From Candidatus Krumholzibacteriia bacterium (GTDB lineage: Bacteria; Krumholzibacteriota; Krumholzibacteriia; JAJRXK01), in contig JBGPIA010000004.1 of the NCBI GenBank assembly GCA_041484665.1, positions 160,001 to 224,000 on the forward strand: a stretch of DNA of 64,000 nt. The letters run 5' to 3'. How positions within the stretch are numbered: position 1 is the stretch's first letter; the number at the start of each line of letters is the position of its first letter. Positions 29,603 to 42,164 of the stretch are shown one piece after another. The notes under the pieces are model-generated. The model saw nothing but the letters and a program-made list of their open reading frames with translations, did no database searches and had not been told where the DNA came from. Both the position numbers and the translations under genes were made by a program.

Positions 29603-31957
29603 TCAATCTGCCGTGCGTTGCAGGAACACGATCGACAGGGATGGCAGCACCAGCGAGATCGCGAAGGGCTGCCCCTGTGCGGGCTCGGGCCGCGCAGGCA
29701 ATGGCTGCGGGTTGCCCGCGCCGGATCCCCCGTAGTCCACGCGATCGCTGTTGAAGGCCTCCGCCCAGGAGCCCGCCTGCGGAACGCCGACCACGAAGCT
29801 GTCGTGGCGGCGCGTCTGGAAGTTGGCGATGGCCACCAGCTGCGAGCGCGGGTCCTTGCCACGGCGCACGAAGGAGAGAACGCTGCGCGCCGCATCGTCG
29901 GCTTCGATCCACTGGAAGCCCTTCCAGTCGCCGTCGTTCTCCCACAGCGCGGGCTGCGACTGGTAGAACTGGTTGAGCTCGCGGACGTAGAGCTGCATCG
30001 CCCGATGCAGCGGGAAGTCCAGCAGCAGCCAGTCGAGCTGGCGGTCGTGGCTCCACTCGATGAACTGGCCGAGCTCGCCGCCCATGAACAGCAGCTTCTT
30101 GCCCGGATGCGCCGCCATCCAGCCGTAGAGCAGCCGCAGGTTGGCGAACTTCTCCTCGTAGCTGCCGGGCATCTTGGACAAGAGCGAGCGCTTGCCGTGC
30201 ACGACCTCGTCGTGGGAGAGGGACAGCACGAACCGCTCGCTGAAGGCGTACATCATCGAAAACGTGAGGCGGTCGTGCAGCTGCGGGCGCTGGGGAGGCG
30301 GCGTGCGCATCACGCGCAGCACATCGTTCATCCAGCCCATGTTCCACTTGTAGTCGAAACCCAGTCCACCCTCGGAGACTGGGTGCGACACCTTCGGCCA
30401 GGCCGTCGACTCCTCGGCGAAGGTCAGCACGCCCGGACACTCGCGATGGACCAGGGCGTTGAACTCCTGCAGGAACGCCATCGCTTCCAGGTTCTCGCGA
30501 CCGCCCAGCTTGTTGGGAATCCACTCCCCCGGCTTGCGCGAGTAGTCGAGGTAGAGCATCGAGGCCACCGCGTCCACGCGTAGCCCGTCGATGTGGAAGC
30601 GCGAAAGCCAATACAGGGCGTTGCTCAGCAGGAACGAGCAGACCGTGTGGCGCCCGAAGTTGAAGATGAACGTGCCCCAGTCCTGGTGCAGTCCTTGGCG
30701 CGGATCGGCGTGCTCGTAGAGGTGCGTGCCGTCGAAGAACGCCAGCCCATGGCCGTCGCGGGGAAAATGCGCTGGGACCCAGTCGAGGATGACGCCCAGG
30801 CCCGCCTGGTGCGCTGCGTCCACGAACCAGCGGAAGTCGTCCGGCGGCCCGAAGCGCGAGGTCGGTGCGTAGTATCCCACCGTCTGGTAGCCCCACGAGC
30901 CGTCGAAGGGATGCTCGGTGATGGGCAGCAGCTCCAGGTGGGTGTAGCCCATCTCCTTCGCGTAGGGCACGAGCTGCTCGGCCAGCTCGCGGTAGGTGAG
31001 CCAGCTGCCGCTCGCGGGGTCAATGGGCGAAGCCGCGCGCGTGGGTGGAGTGCTGGCCTCTGAAGCGCTGGCCGAAACGCCGGGCCCGAAGCCCACCGCC
31101 GCCGGGGCGGCCGCAGCCGGCGCGCCCGACGCCTGCGGGAGGCGTCGCCACGATCCCAGATGCACCTCGTAGATCAGGAGCGGCCTGTCGGACGACTGCC
31201 GCCGGGCGCGTTCCTGCATCCACGCCGCGTCGCCCCAGGTGTAGTCGTAGCTGTCCCAGACGATCGAAGCCGTGTTGGGGCGCCGCTCCATGAAGAACCC
31301 ACACGGATCGGCCTTGTCCGACTGGGGATGGCCCGGCAGCTTCGTGCGCAGTGCGTACTTGTAGAGCGCCCCGCGCTCTACGGCGGGGATGAAGATCTCC
31401 CAGACTCCGCTGTGGCCGCGCGGCTGCATCATGTGCCGGCGCGCGTCCCAGCGGTTGAAGCTCCCGATCACGCTGACGCGCTCGGCGTTGGGGGCCCAGA
31501 CGGCGAAGTCGACGCCGCTGACCCCCTCGTGCACGAGCTCGTGCGCGCCGAGTCTCTCGTAGAGCCGGACGTCGCTCTTCTCCAGGAAATCGCGCAGGTC
31601 GTTCTCGGAGAGCCGCGGTGGGAAACGGTAGGGGTCGTCTTCGACGGTCACCGTGCCGTCGGCGGCGGTGATGCGCAGGCGATAGGCAAACGAGGTCGAC
31701 TCCCCAGGGAAAACCGCCTCGAACACGCCGCCGGCGTGGAGGAGATCCATGGGGTGCGGCACCCCGCCGTGAGCGCTGCCGTCGCCCGGCGTGCGCTCCC
31801 GCAGCACCTCGACCGCGCGCGCACCGGGCACGAGCGCGCGAATGGCGATGGCGGCAGTGCCATCCACCTCCACTTTCTGCAAACCAAGGACGTCGAACGG
31901 AAGTGAGACGCTGGCGTCCGCGAGAGCACTCAACACCTGTGGGTGCAGTGTTGCCAC
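29603..31957 (-). CDS. glgB: 1,4-alpha-glucan branching enzyme (GH13)
   Basis: FAVWAPNA, IYEVHLGSW, HPFDGSWGYQ, DGLRVDAVASMLY, AEESTAWP, LSHDEVVHGK. Confidence 0.96.
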   Translation of the reverse strand: MATLHPQVLSALADASVSLPFDVLGLQKVEVDGTAAIAIRALVPGARAVEVLRERTPGDGSAHGGVPHPMDLLHAGGVFEAVFPGESTSFAYRLRITAADGTVTVEDDPYRFPPRLSENDLRDFLEKSDVRLYERLGAHELVHEGVSGVDFAVWAPNAERVSVIGSFNRWDARRHMMQPRGHSGVWEIFIPAVERGALYKYALRTKLPGHPQSDKADPCGFFMERRPNTASIVWDSYDYTWGDAAWMQERARRQSSDRPLLIYEVHLGSWRRLPQASGAPAAAAPAAVGFGPGVSASASEASTPPTRAASPIDPASGSWLTYRELAEQLVPYAKEMGYTHLELLPITEHPFDGSWGYQTVGYYAPTSRFGPPDDFRWFVDAAHQAGLGVILDWVPAHFPRDGHGLAFFDGTHLYEHADPRQGLHQDWGTFIFNFGRHTVCSFLLSNALYWLSRFHIDGLRVDAVASMLYLDYSRKPGEWIPNKLGGRENLEAMAFLQEFNALVHRECPGVLTFAEESTAWPKVSHPVSEGGLGFDYKWNMGWMNDVLRVMRTPPPQRPQLHDRLTFSMMYAFSERFVLSLSHDEVVHGKRSLLSKMPGSYEEKFANLRLLYGWMAAHPGKKLLFMGGELGQFIEWSHDRQLDWLLLDFPLHRAMQLYVRELNQFYQSQPALWENDGDWKGFQWIEADDAARSVLSFVRRGKDPRSQLVAIANFQTRRHDSFVVGVPQAGSWAEAFNSDRVDYGGSGAGNPQPLPARPEPAQGQPFAISLVLPSLSIVFLQRTAD

Positions 31958-32030
31958 GCCGACCGAGACCTCCCCTTCGCGCAGCGGAACTCGAGCGTCG
32001 GCGCGGGGACCCGTCGTCGGAGCTGCCGCC

Positions 32031-32264
32031 TCACACTCCCCGGGCCGGGGCGGGCATCCCCCGCTGCTGGAATCTGTCTTTCAATGTACCGAAGCTCATC
32101 GGCGCAGCGGTCACCATGAACAAGCGCCCAGCATTGGGACCCATCCAGCTCGCGTAGACCACGAGGCCGGGCACCGCGACCGCCGCCTGACCTGGATCGA
32201 TCTCCACGGTGATGACCACCCGCGCGCGTACTGGATTGCCGCCGAACCCAGGCTCGAACTTCAT
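32031..32264 (-). CDS. Hypothetical small protein or gene fragment (77 aa)
   Basis: Codirectional ORF filling the hppA-glgB gap, with GC3-rich codons and non-shadow-like composition; no clear RBS. Confidence 0.4.
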   Translation of the reverse strand: MKFEPGFGGNPVRARVVITVEIDPGQAAVAVPGLVVYASWMGPNAGRLFMVTAAPMSFGTLKDRFQQRGMPAPARGV

Positions 32265-32316
32265 GCTGGCCGTCGCGCGGCCGTCCCAGTCGTCGGCTGC
32301 TGTCGCGGGACCCGCG

Positions 32317-34908
<2,592 letters not shown>

Positions 34909-35241
34909 GGGGAATCCTCTCCTGAATCGTTGAGAACAAAAGGGTTCGAGCTGCTCGCAGTCGAGAATCGGCCGCCGGGCAGCCGCGCGGCGCGCGCAGC
35001 AGTCAGCAACGGGACGCGCGCGAAGCGCGCCCGCCAACGGCGCTGCGGCACAAGACGCACCAGGGTACCCAAAGAGCGCCCGATTTGCCAAGCGCAAGAC
35101 GGGCGCGGCGCCGCCGCCCGCGCCCGGCGGTGGGCTCGGGCTTCGTGTGGGCAGTGGGCTCTGACCATGCAACGGCTGCGGGCTCGGGCCGCGCGGAGGC
35201 TGCGGACTGACGAGCGTCGGCGCAGCGCCATCCACGAGCAG

Positions 35242-35313
35242 TCACGTGCCACAGCGGGAGCAGAAGACGCTGTCTGGGGGGACGGGGCGGCTGCACGACG
35301 GGCAGATGGTCAT
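35242..35313 (-). pseudogene. Zinc-ribbon micro-ORF (23 aa) ending at a TGA that is in frame with the downstream open frame
   Basis: MTICPSCSRPVPPDSVFCSRCGT*LLVDGAAPTLV...; TACCAT -10 box 7 nt upstream of the ATG. Confidence 0.6.
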
Positions 35314-35495
35314 GGCCGCGATGGTACGTCCGACGCGCGCCCTTCCCCAGGGGGCGATCCCAAGTGGACGATCCCCGGCCGCGGCACGATCATGGTTGCG
35401 TAGCAACCAGCGTGGCTTTCCGCGCGACCCACCGATCTCCAGGCACGCGCGAGCGCGGCGGGACGCATGGGCGCGCCGGCAGAGCACGACAAAGC

Positions 35496-35530
35496 CGCGG
35501 AAAGGCGCGAGGAAAACGCGGAAAGGCGCG
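35496..35530. repeat. Direct repeat CGCGGAAAGGCGCG x2, period 21 bp
   Basis: Copies at 35496 and 35517, just upstream of the ATG at 35540. Confidence 0.7.
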
Positions 35531-35539
35531 CGGAAGACC

Positions 35540-36163
35540 ATGATCGCCCCCCACGGTCCCCTCCCCCCGGCTTCCATGACCCCCACGGAGCTGCGCGGGC
35601 TCCACCCGCGCCTGCAAGTCGACCGGCTGCGCACGTTCCTGCGCGGCGGCCACGCCGACGCCCAGGCGGCCGCGCGCGACCTCGACGGGTGGATCGGGAT
35701 CTTCCAGGCCAGCAACGAGCCGCCCTTGCTGGTCCTGATCCTGGAGCTGCTCGCCGCGGTCGACGACTCGCGTGTCGTAGAGCTCGCCCGCCACGCCACG
35801 ACCCACCGCGGCGACGGCGTGCGCCTGGAGGCGCTGCGCATCCTCTTCGACCGGCTGCCCGACCAGACGCTGGCGCTGGCCGCACGGCACCGCGACGATT
35901 CGAGCCTCGAGCTGCGCCTGATGGTAGCCGACCGGCTGCTGGCCCACGACCGCGCCCAGGCCGTGGATCTGGCCTTCGAGATCCTGCAGGCCGAGGCGGG
36001 CGGGATCCGCGAGCACCATGCCCTCGAGCGAGCGACCGAGCTGCTGGTGGAGGCCGGCGGAGCCGACGTGGCGCAGCGCCTGCGCGAGGTGCAGGGCGAC
36101 ATGAATGACCCCGAGGGCTTCATCGCCTGGGCGATCGAGTCGATCGAGCAGCAGCGCAGCTGA
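35540..36163 (+). CDS. Hypothetical alpha-helical HEAT-repeat-like protein
   Basis: VRLEALRIL and DDSSLELRLMVADRL resemble HEAT repeats; strong GC3 bias. Alternative start 35576. Confidence 0.7.
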   Translation: MIAPHGPLPPASMTPTELRGLHPRLQVDRLRTFLRGGHADAQAAARDLDGWIGIFQASNEPPLLVLILELLAAVDDSRVVELARHATTHRGDGVRLEALRILFDRLPDQTLALAARHRDDSSLELRLMVADRLLAHDRAQAVDLAFEILQAEAGGIREHHALERATELLVEAGGADVAQRLREVQGDMNDPEGFIAWAIESIEQQRS

Positions 36164-36325
36164 CTCGGCGCGACCCAGCGCCCGCGCTGGACCGAGCGAG
36201 CGCGCGGGTGGATCGCGAGAACGGATCAGGAGGCGGTTGCGCCGGCCTATCCCGACGGCCCCAGCCCCGTGCGCCGGGAGCCGCTGAGCGCCTCGAGCCT
36301 TCGCTCCAGCTGCTCCACCCGCTCG

Positions 36326-36397
36326 GCGAAGTGCACTGCGGGCTGCGCCGCGAAGTGCACCGCGGGCTGCCCGGCGAAGGGTGCTGCGGGCCTCCGC
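36326..36397. repeat. 24-bp tandem repeat x3, intergenic
   Basis: gcgaagtgcactgcgggctgcgcc / gcgaagtgcaccgcgggctgcccg / gcgaagggtgctgcgggcctccgc. Confidence 0.75.
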
Positions 36398-36678
36398 GCG
36401 GGCGCCGTTTTGCGCAGAGCGAGCCCGCCTCCGGGTGCACCGCCCGCTACGCCGCCGGGTACGCCGTCCGGTCGGCCAGGGGGCTGGATCGTTCACTCTG
36501 AACGAGGACCCCGGACCCGGCCAGGGGGTCGTCGTTAGCCCGCGCCAAGCCGACGGCGCGGCGCGAGCACGCCGCCCGCCCCGCGCACGCGCACGCGCCC
36601 TGGCGTCCGATTGGCACCACACTTGCCCCGCGCGAGCAGCGGCACCCACAGCCCGCTGCACTGAAGGGGATCCCCCCA

Positions 36679-37440
36679 ATGAGCGTCGACGCGCTCGCAA
36701 GCAATCCCTGGCCTCTCTCCGACGCTGGCGACCGCGTCCGGGTCGCGGTGACCCAGCGCGTGGTCGAGGACCTGCGGTTGCGCGAGCGGCGCGACGCCCT
36801 CAGCCTGGACTGGGCGGGGCGGCTGCACGCCTGGGGCGCAATCCCCTTGCTGGTCCCCAATCGCTGGCCCGACCCCGAGCAGCTGATGACAGATTGGGCC
36901 GCTCAAGCCCTTCTGCTCACGGGCGGCAATACGCCCCTGCAGGACCCCCCCCGTCGCCGCCGGCCCGACGACGCCGCGCCCGAGCGCGACATCACCGAGC
37001 GGCGGCTAATCGCCTGGGCGGTGGCGCGGCGGATCCCGATCCTGGGTGTGTGCCGGGGCGCGGAGCTGCTGAATCTCGTCCATGGCGGCCGCATCTCCGC
37101 TGTGGACAAGGGAACCAGCCACGCCGGGATCTTCCACGTGCTCCAGCCCGCGCGCGACGACGAGGGCGCTGTGGCTGTGCCGTTCCCTCCCGCGACCGTC
37201 AACAGCTACCACGATCTCTGGATCGCCCGTGAGGATCTCGCTGCGGGCCTGCGGCCGTTCGCGCTGGGTCCCGACGGCTCGGTCGAGGGGTTCTACCATC
37301 CGTCGCTGCCGCTCCTGGGGGTCATGTGGCATCCCGAGCGAGCCGGCCCGCACAGCGCGGCGCTCGACGCTCTGCTGCGTGAGTCGCTGCGCGGGCGGGT
37401 GCCCTGGCTGGCCGCCACGACACAGACGTCCGCGGTCTGA
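36679..37440 (+). CDS. Class I glutamine amidotransferase, peptidase C26 (gamma-glutamyl hydrolase) family
   Basis: LLLTGGN, ERDITE, LGVCRG (catalytic Cys), VNSYH, MWHPE (His-Glu). Confidence 0.88.
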   Translation: MSVDALASNPWPLSDAGDRVRVAVTQRVVEDLRLRERRDALSLDWAGRLHAWGAIPLLVPNRWPDPEQLMTDWAAQALLLTGGNTPLQDPPRRRRPDDAAPERDITERRLIAWAVARRIPILGVCRGAELLNLVHGGRISAVDKGTSHAGIFHVLQPARDDEGAVAVPFPPATVNSYHDLWIAREDLAAGLRPFALGPDGSVEGFYHPSLPLLGVMWHPERAGPHSAALDALLRESLRGRVPWLAATTQTSAV

Positions 37441-37634
37441 CGGCGGTCGCTGGCCGCCGTCGCTGCGCGCAGTCACCGTCCGCAATCGCTCGCTGCCGTC
37501 GTCCGCTGATCGCAAGGCTGCGCGGGTGTCAGGTCCCGGCGCCTGGGCACGTCCCGCTCCGCGCGACCCCGCATTCCTTGCTGCACTCGCTTCTGCCTTC
37601 TAGACTTGCGGCATCTCCCGGCAGGAGCCCCGCC

Positions 37635-38498
37635 ATGAGCGACCCCTCCCCACCGTCCAAGCCCGGCCGCGACCGGCTGAGCAACCAGGCCTCCTCGGAG
37701 AGCCTCGATGCCGTGTGGACAGCGATCGAGGAGGGGCGCGTGGAAGAGGCCATGGACATCGCCGACACCCTCGGCCGCGAGCATCCCACCGACGGCGAGG
37801 TGCACCTGGCGCTCGCCGCGGCGGCCTACGAGGCGGGCGATTCGCCGACGGCGCTGGAGGCGGCACGCCGGGCCGGCGAGCTGGGGATCGAGGATCCGCA
37901 GATGCAGCGCTGGTACGAGGCGGCGGCGCTGTACCAGCTCTGGCAGCTCGACAGCGCGCGGCAGGTCCTCCAGGAGATCGTGCGAGACGATGCCGAGTTC
38001 GCCGACGCCTGGTACATGCTGGCGCAGGTGTGCGAGACGCTCCAGGACCAGGTCGGCGCGCGCCGTGGGTACGACCGCGCGTTCGCCATCGAGCCGGACC
38101 GCTTCCTCAAGCCCATCCGCATCGATGCGCGCGACCTCGACCGGGTCATCCTGCAGGCGCGCGGCGATCTGCCTACGGAGTTCCGCAAGGCCCTGGAGGA
38201 GGTCCCGGTGGTCGTGCAGCCGCTGCCCACCCTCGAGATGGCGAAGGCGGCGGGCGAAGACGAGCCACCGCTGCCGCCGGATCTGCTGGGCCTGTTCGTG
38301 GGCAGCAGCCAGCTCGACCACTCGGTGTTCAATCCGGTGGAGCAGCCCGGAGTGATCTTCCTCTTCCAGACCAACCTCGAGCGCATCTGCCCGGACGAGG
38401 AGACGCTCGCCGAAGAGGTCCGCATCACCCTCTACCACGAGCTGGGCCACTATCTGGGATTCGAAGAGGACGACATGCACCGCATGGGGCTGGAGTGA
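37635..38498 (+). CDS. TPR protein fused to a Zincin_1 (minimal zincin) metallopeptidase domain
   Basis: N-terminal TPR-like helices; LLGLFVG, IFLFQTNLER, TLYHELGHYLG (HExxH); AGGAG RBS. Confidence 0.85.
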   Translation: MSDPSPPSKPGRDRLSNQASSESLDAVWTAIEEGRVEEAMDIADTLGREHPTDGEVHLALAAAAYEAGDSPTALEAARRAGELGIEDPQMQRWYEAAALYQLWQLDSARQVLQEIVRDDAEFADAWYMLAQVCETLQDQVGARRGYDRAFAIEPDRFLKPIRIDARDLDRVILQARGDLPTEFRKALEEVPVVVQPLPTLEMAKAAGEDEPPLPPDLLGLFVGSSQLDHSVFNPVEQPGVIFLFQTNLERICPDEETLAEEVRITLYHELGHYLGFEEDDMHRMGLE

Positions 38499-38597
38499 TC
38501 CCGGCGCTTTGCGAGGGCACCCGCAGGCAGCCCGCGTTCCCCGGGCGCGCACTCCGGCGCCACGGGCCGTTCCCCTCGTCCTCCCGGGGCTGACCAG

Positions 38598-40304
38598 GTG
38601 GCCACCTTCGCCCGCACCCTGGTGACCGCGGCGCTGCCGTACGCCAACGGCCCGATCCACCTGGGCCATCTGGCCGGCGTGTATCTGCCGGCCGACATCT
38701 ACGTGCGCCACCTGCGCATGCGCGGTCAGAACGTGCTGTTCATCTGTGGCACCGACGAGCACGGCGTGCCGATCACGCTGGCCGCCGAGAAGGAGGGCGT
38801 GTCGCCCAAGGAGCTGGTGGACCGCAACTACGTCGGCATCCGCGACAGCTTCGAGCGCCTGGGGATCGCGTTTGACAACTTCAGCCAGACCAGCCGGCCC
38901 ATCCACTACGAGACCAGCAGCGCGTTCTTCCTCGATCTGCACCGCCAGGGCGCGCTCAAGCAGGGTGTGACCCGGCAGTTCTACAGCGAGCGGGCCGGGC
39001 GTTTCCTGCCCGACCGCTACGTCGAGGGAACCTGTCCCTACTGCGGCAACACGCGCGCGCGGGGGGACCAGTGTGAGGCCTGCGGCTCGCAGATGGAGCC
39101 CGAGAAGCTCATCGCACCGCACAGCGTCGTGGACGACAGCCCGCTGGCGTTGCGTGAGACGACCCACTGGTTCTTGGCCCTGGGCGAGATGCAATCCCAG
39201 CTGGAGCAGTGGATCCACAGCAAGAGCGACTGGAAGGAGAACGTCGTCCATTACTGCAACGGCTGGTTCGCCCAGGGGTTGGGCGACCGTGCCGTGACGC
39301 GCGACCTGGACTGGGGAGTGCCCGTGCCGCTGCCCGGCCACGAGGGCAAGGTGCTCTACGTGTGGTTCGACGCTCCCATCGGGTATATCTCGGCGACCAA
39401 GGAGTGGGCGGCGGCCCATGGCGACCCGCAGGGGTGGCGCGTCTGGTGGCAGGACCCGACCACGCGCCTGCTGCACTTCATCGGCAAGGACAACATCGTC
39501 TTCCACGCGCTCTTGTTTCCCGCCATGCTCATGGCGCACAGCGAGCCGTATATCCTCCCCGACAACGTCCCGGCCAACGAGTTCCTGAATCTGGAAGGGA
39601 AGAAGCTCTCCACCAGCCGCGGCTTCGCAGTCTGGCTGCCCGACTACCTCGACCGGTTTGCGCCCGACTCGTTGCGCTATTGTCTGGCGCGCAATCTGCC
39701 CGAGACGCGCGACACGAGTTTCTCCTGGGACGACTTCCAGGTGCGGCAGAACAACGAGCTGGCCGACGTCCTGGGCAACTTCGTCAACCGGACGGTGACC
39801 TTCGTCGGGCGTTACTTCGACGGGCGCGTGCCGGCCAAGGGCAGCCCGTCCGTGCGCGATACCGTCGCGCTGGACGCCATCGTGCGCGCGGCGCGCAGCG
39901 CCGGGGAGCAGCTCGAGACATTCCAGATCCGCGCCGCCAGCGAGACGCTGATGCTGCTGGGCAAGGAGGCCAACCGCTACTTCGACGACGCCCAGCCGTG
40001 GGCCACGCGCAAGAGCGATCCCGCGGCCTGCGCCACCAGCCTGTGGGTGTGCTGCCAGTTCGTGCGCGCGTTCGCCGGGCTGTGGGCGAGCTTCCTGCCA
40101 TTCACCATGCAGAAGCTGTGGGCGGCGCTGGCGATGGAAGGCGACCTGCGGCGCGAGGGGTGGCCGCTGGGGGATGACGGCCGCCTGATCGAGCTGCCCG
40201 CGGGGCATCCGATCGCCTCGCCGGGCATCCTGTTCAAGAAGATCGAGGACGCGCAGATCGCTCCGGAGAAGGAGCGGCTCCAGGCCATCCGGGGGCGCGG
40301 TTAG
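38598..40304 (+). CDS. metG: Methionine--tRNA ligase, without a fused C-terminal tRNA-binding domain
   Basis: TAALPYANGPIHLGH, GTDEHG, CPYC/CEAC knuckle, YVWFDAPIGY, FIGKDNIVFH, KLSTS. Confidence 0.97.
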   Translation: MATFARTLVTAALPYANGPIHLGHLAGVYLPADIYVRHLRMRGQNVLFICGTDEHGVPITLAAEKEGVSPKELVDRNYVGIRDSFERLGIAFDNFSQTSRPIHYETSSAFFLDLHRQGALKQGVTRQFYSERAGRFLPDRYVEGTCPYCGNTRARGDQCEACGSQMEPEKLIAPHSVVDDSPLALRETTHWFLALGEMQSQLEQWIHSKSDWKENVVHYCNGWFAQGLGDRAVTRDLDWGVPVPLPGHEGKVLYVWFDAPIGYISATKEWAAAHGDPQGWRVWWQDPTTRLLHFIGKDNIVFHALLFPAMLMAHSEPYILPDNVPANEFLNLEGKKLSTSRGFAVWLPDYLDRFAPDSLRYCLARNLPETRDTSFSWDDFQVRQNNELADVLGNFVNRTVTFVGRYFDGRVPAKGSPSVRDTVALDAIVRAARSAGEQLETFQIRAASETLMLLGKEANRYFDDAQPWATRKSDPAACATSLWVCCQFVRAFAGLWASFLPFTMQKLWAALAMEGDLRREGWPLGDDGRLIELPAGHPIASPGILFKKIEDAQIAPEKERLQAIRGRG

Positions 40305-40381
40305 CGCCTGAACTGGGCGTGCGCTGTGCGCGCGGCCGGGTCCACCCACACGCCGCGCATGAGCGACAGGTCGACGTCGCA
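40301..40381 (-). pseudogene. Short remnant of an FAD-linked oxidase (BBE/6-HDNO-like) gene
   Basis: The minus strand reads CDVDLSLMRGVWVDPAARTAHAQFRR*, resembling the family segment IDLSxMRGVxVDPxARTAxAQ. Confidence 0.5.
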
Positions 40382-40573
40382 GCCGCGTCTCCAGCTGTTC
40401 GGTGGCGCTTTGCAGTCACCGCCCACTGGGGGCTCCGGCTCGGCCGCTCTCGATGGCGCCTGCGAACGCCGCGAGCGCGGCGCGCAGGAGAGCCGTGTTC
40501 GAGGAGGCGAGCCTCAGACTTCCCGAGATGGCAAGGATGCGCATGGTCGCAGACTCCCCCAGCGAATGCAGGA

Positions 40574-41200
40574 TCAGGCTGGGCGACTTCGTCGCTGCTT
40601 CGCCGAGCTGGACTCGATCTCGCTCACCGCGTTGCGGTCACCGCTCGACGCAGGCACGTCCCAGGCGTCTGCCCTGCGGCGATCCCTTAGTCGCACGCAG
40701 GCCTCTTGATCCGCGGGCCGGACGCAGTCGCAGCCGATGCGCTCCCAGTCCGGGTCCGCGGGATCCAAGCCCAGCAACCGGATCGCGTCCGCTCCACAGA
40801 CGAAGAACTGACTCCGGTAGGGCAGGAGATACCCACCCTCGGCTTCCAACGACGCCCGCGCTTCTTCGTAGCTGGAGAACCAGCGATTCAGGAAAGCATC
40901 CATGCCGCGCGCATACCACGACTCGCTCCGCGGGGCAGCCGACTCGAGCGCCGCCTTCAGTGCGCCCCATGATGCGTAGCCACTTTCTTGCGCGATGACC
41001 GCGAGGGCGTGCTTCAGCCGCACGCGGTCGCGGTCATGGGCGAACTCGGGCCCGGCCGTGCCAGAGAACGAGCGAAGCCGCAGAAACCGCTCCCTGGCGG
41101 TCGCCGACTCTGCTGGATTGCCTGAGCGGAGCTGCTTGAGGAGGCGCCGCGCGTGCGCGCGATAAGCAGTGAGGCGTTTCGGTCCTTCGCGACTTTCCAC
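40574..41200 (-). CDS. Hypothetical protein
   Basis: AAGGAG RBS before the GTG at 41200; LKHALAVIAQESGYASWGALK and LNRWFSSYEEARA...GGYLLPYRSQF...LLGLDPADPDW look like a folded conserved domain. Confidence 0.75.
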   Translation of the reverse strand: MESREGPKRLTAYRAHARRLLKQLRSGNPAESATARERFLRLRSFSGTAGPEFAHDRDRVRLKHALAVIAQESGYASWGALKAALESAAPRSESWYARGMDAFLNRWFSSYEEARASLEAEGGYLLPYRSQFFVCGADAIRLLGLDPADPDWERIGCDCVRPADQEACVRLRDRRRADAWDVPASSGDRNAVSEIESSSAKQRRSRPA

Positions 41201-41411
41201 AATGGACTCCTTGGTGTCCGCTGCGTTGAGCCCGACCGACCGCAGCAACCAGGGAGTTCGCGAGGAACCGCCCCGAACATGCAACGAGGGTGAGAAATTC
41301 TTTCGCGGGCGCAGGCGCCCCTCAGCGCCTGCACGTGAGGATAGCCGGTGGAGGTGGACGCGTCAATGCCCGCTGGCCCCGATCGAAGCGGGAGCCCGCT
41401 CCCGTCTCTCG

Positions 41412-42008
41412 TCAATCGGCTCCGGTGCAGACGACAAAATCGGCAGCCTCTCGAGCTCTGTGCTCGATGATGTACCGGTCCAGATCGGGCATCCACTCGG
41501 ACTCCCATCGGTCGCGCGCGGCTTCGCCGTCGCGCTCGATCCCCCTGGCCAAGCGCAACTCCCTTGGACACTCGACCCAGATCCTCAGATCGTACAGGCG
41601 CGCCAGCTCCTTGCGCGGCGAGTAGACCCCCTCGACGATGACCACGCCACCTGGGGCGAGCTCGCACGTCTTTGCCAAGGCGTCTGCATTCCAGTCGAAT
41701 CTGGGACACTTTGCGGGTTGACCCTCCCGAATGGGCATCAAGACCTGTTCGAGAAGGCGCTCCCAATCGAAGTCGGAGCCGATCGGTTTCTCGTGTGCTA
41801 CTCCCGTCCAGCGCTCTGCGGAATTCTTGAAGAAATCGTCGAAGCGGACGCTGGCGCTACGCTGGGCGGCGCGTTCGAGCGCGCTCGCCAGCCGGGTCGC
41901 CAACGTCGTCTTGCCGACGCCGCCCGGTCCGTCGATACCCACGAGGATCGTGAGCCCTCACCTGCGCAGTGCCGCACGGCGATCGACGATTTCGGGCAGG
42001 TGGTCCAA
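41412..42008 (-). pseudogene. Uridine kinase-like P-loop kinase with an in-frame TGA near the 5' end
   Basis: TTG 42008 gives LDHLPEIVDRRAALRR*GLTILVGIDGPGGVGKTT...DDFF...VIVEGVYS. The TGA is at 41958-41960; the GTG at 41942 lies inside the first beta-strand. Confidence 0.65.
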
Positions 42009-42164
42009 GAACCTTCCCTGTCGCCCCGACGCACGGGCAGTCAGCCGCTCAAGCCAGCCGAGCGGTTTTGCGGGGCATCGATTGCAAAGCCCTCCGGGAC
42101 AGGCCCGGTCCCGTTCTACCCGGGGTCGGCCGGACGGGCAAGCTGACCCGCCCGTAGTGGCCCT

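Noticed and set aside
36326..36397. Possible mini CRISPR array
   Set aside because: The 24-bp units are contiguous with no unique spacers, and there are no cas genes.
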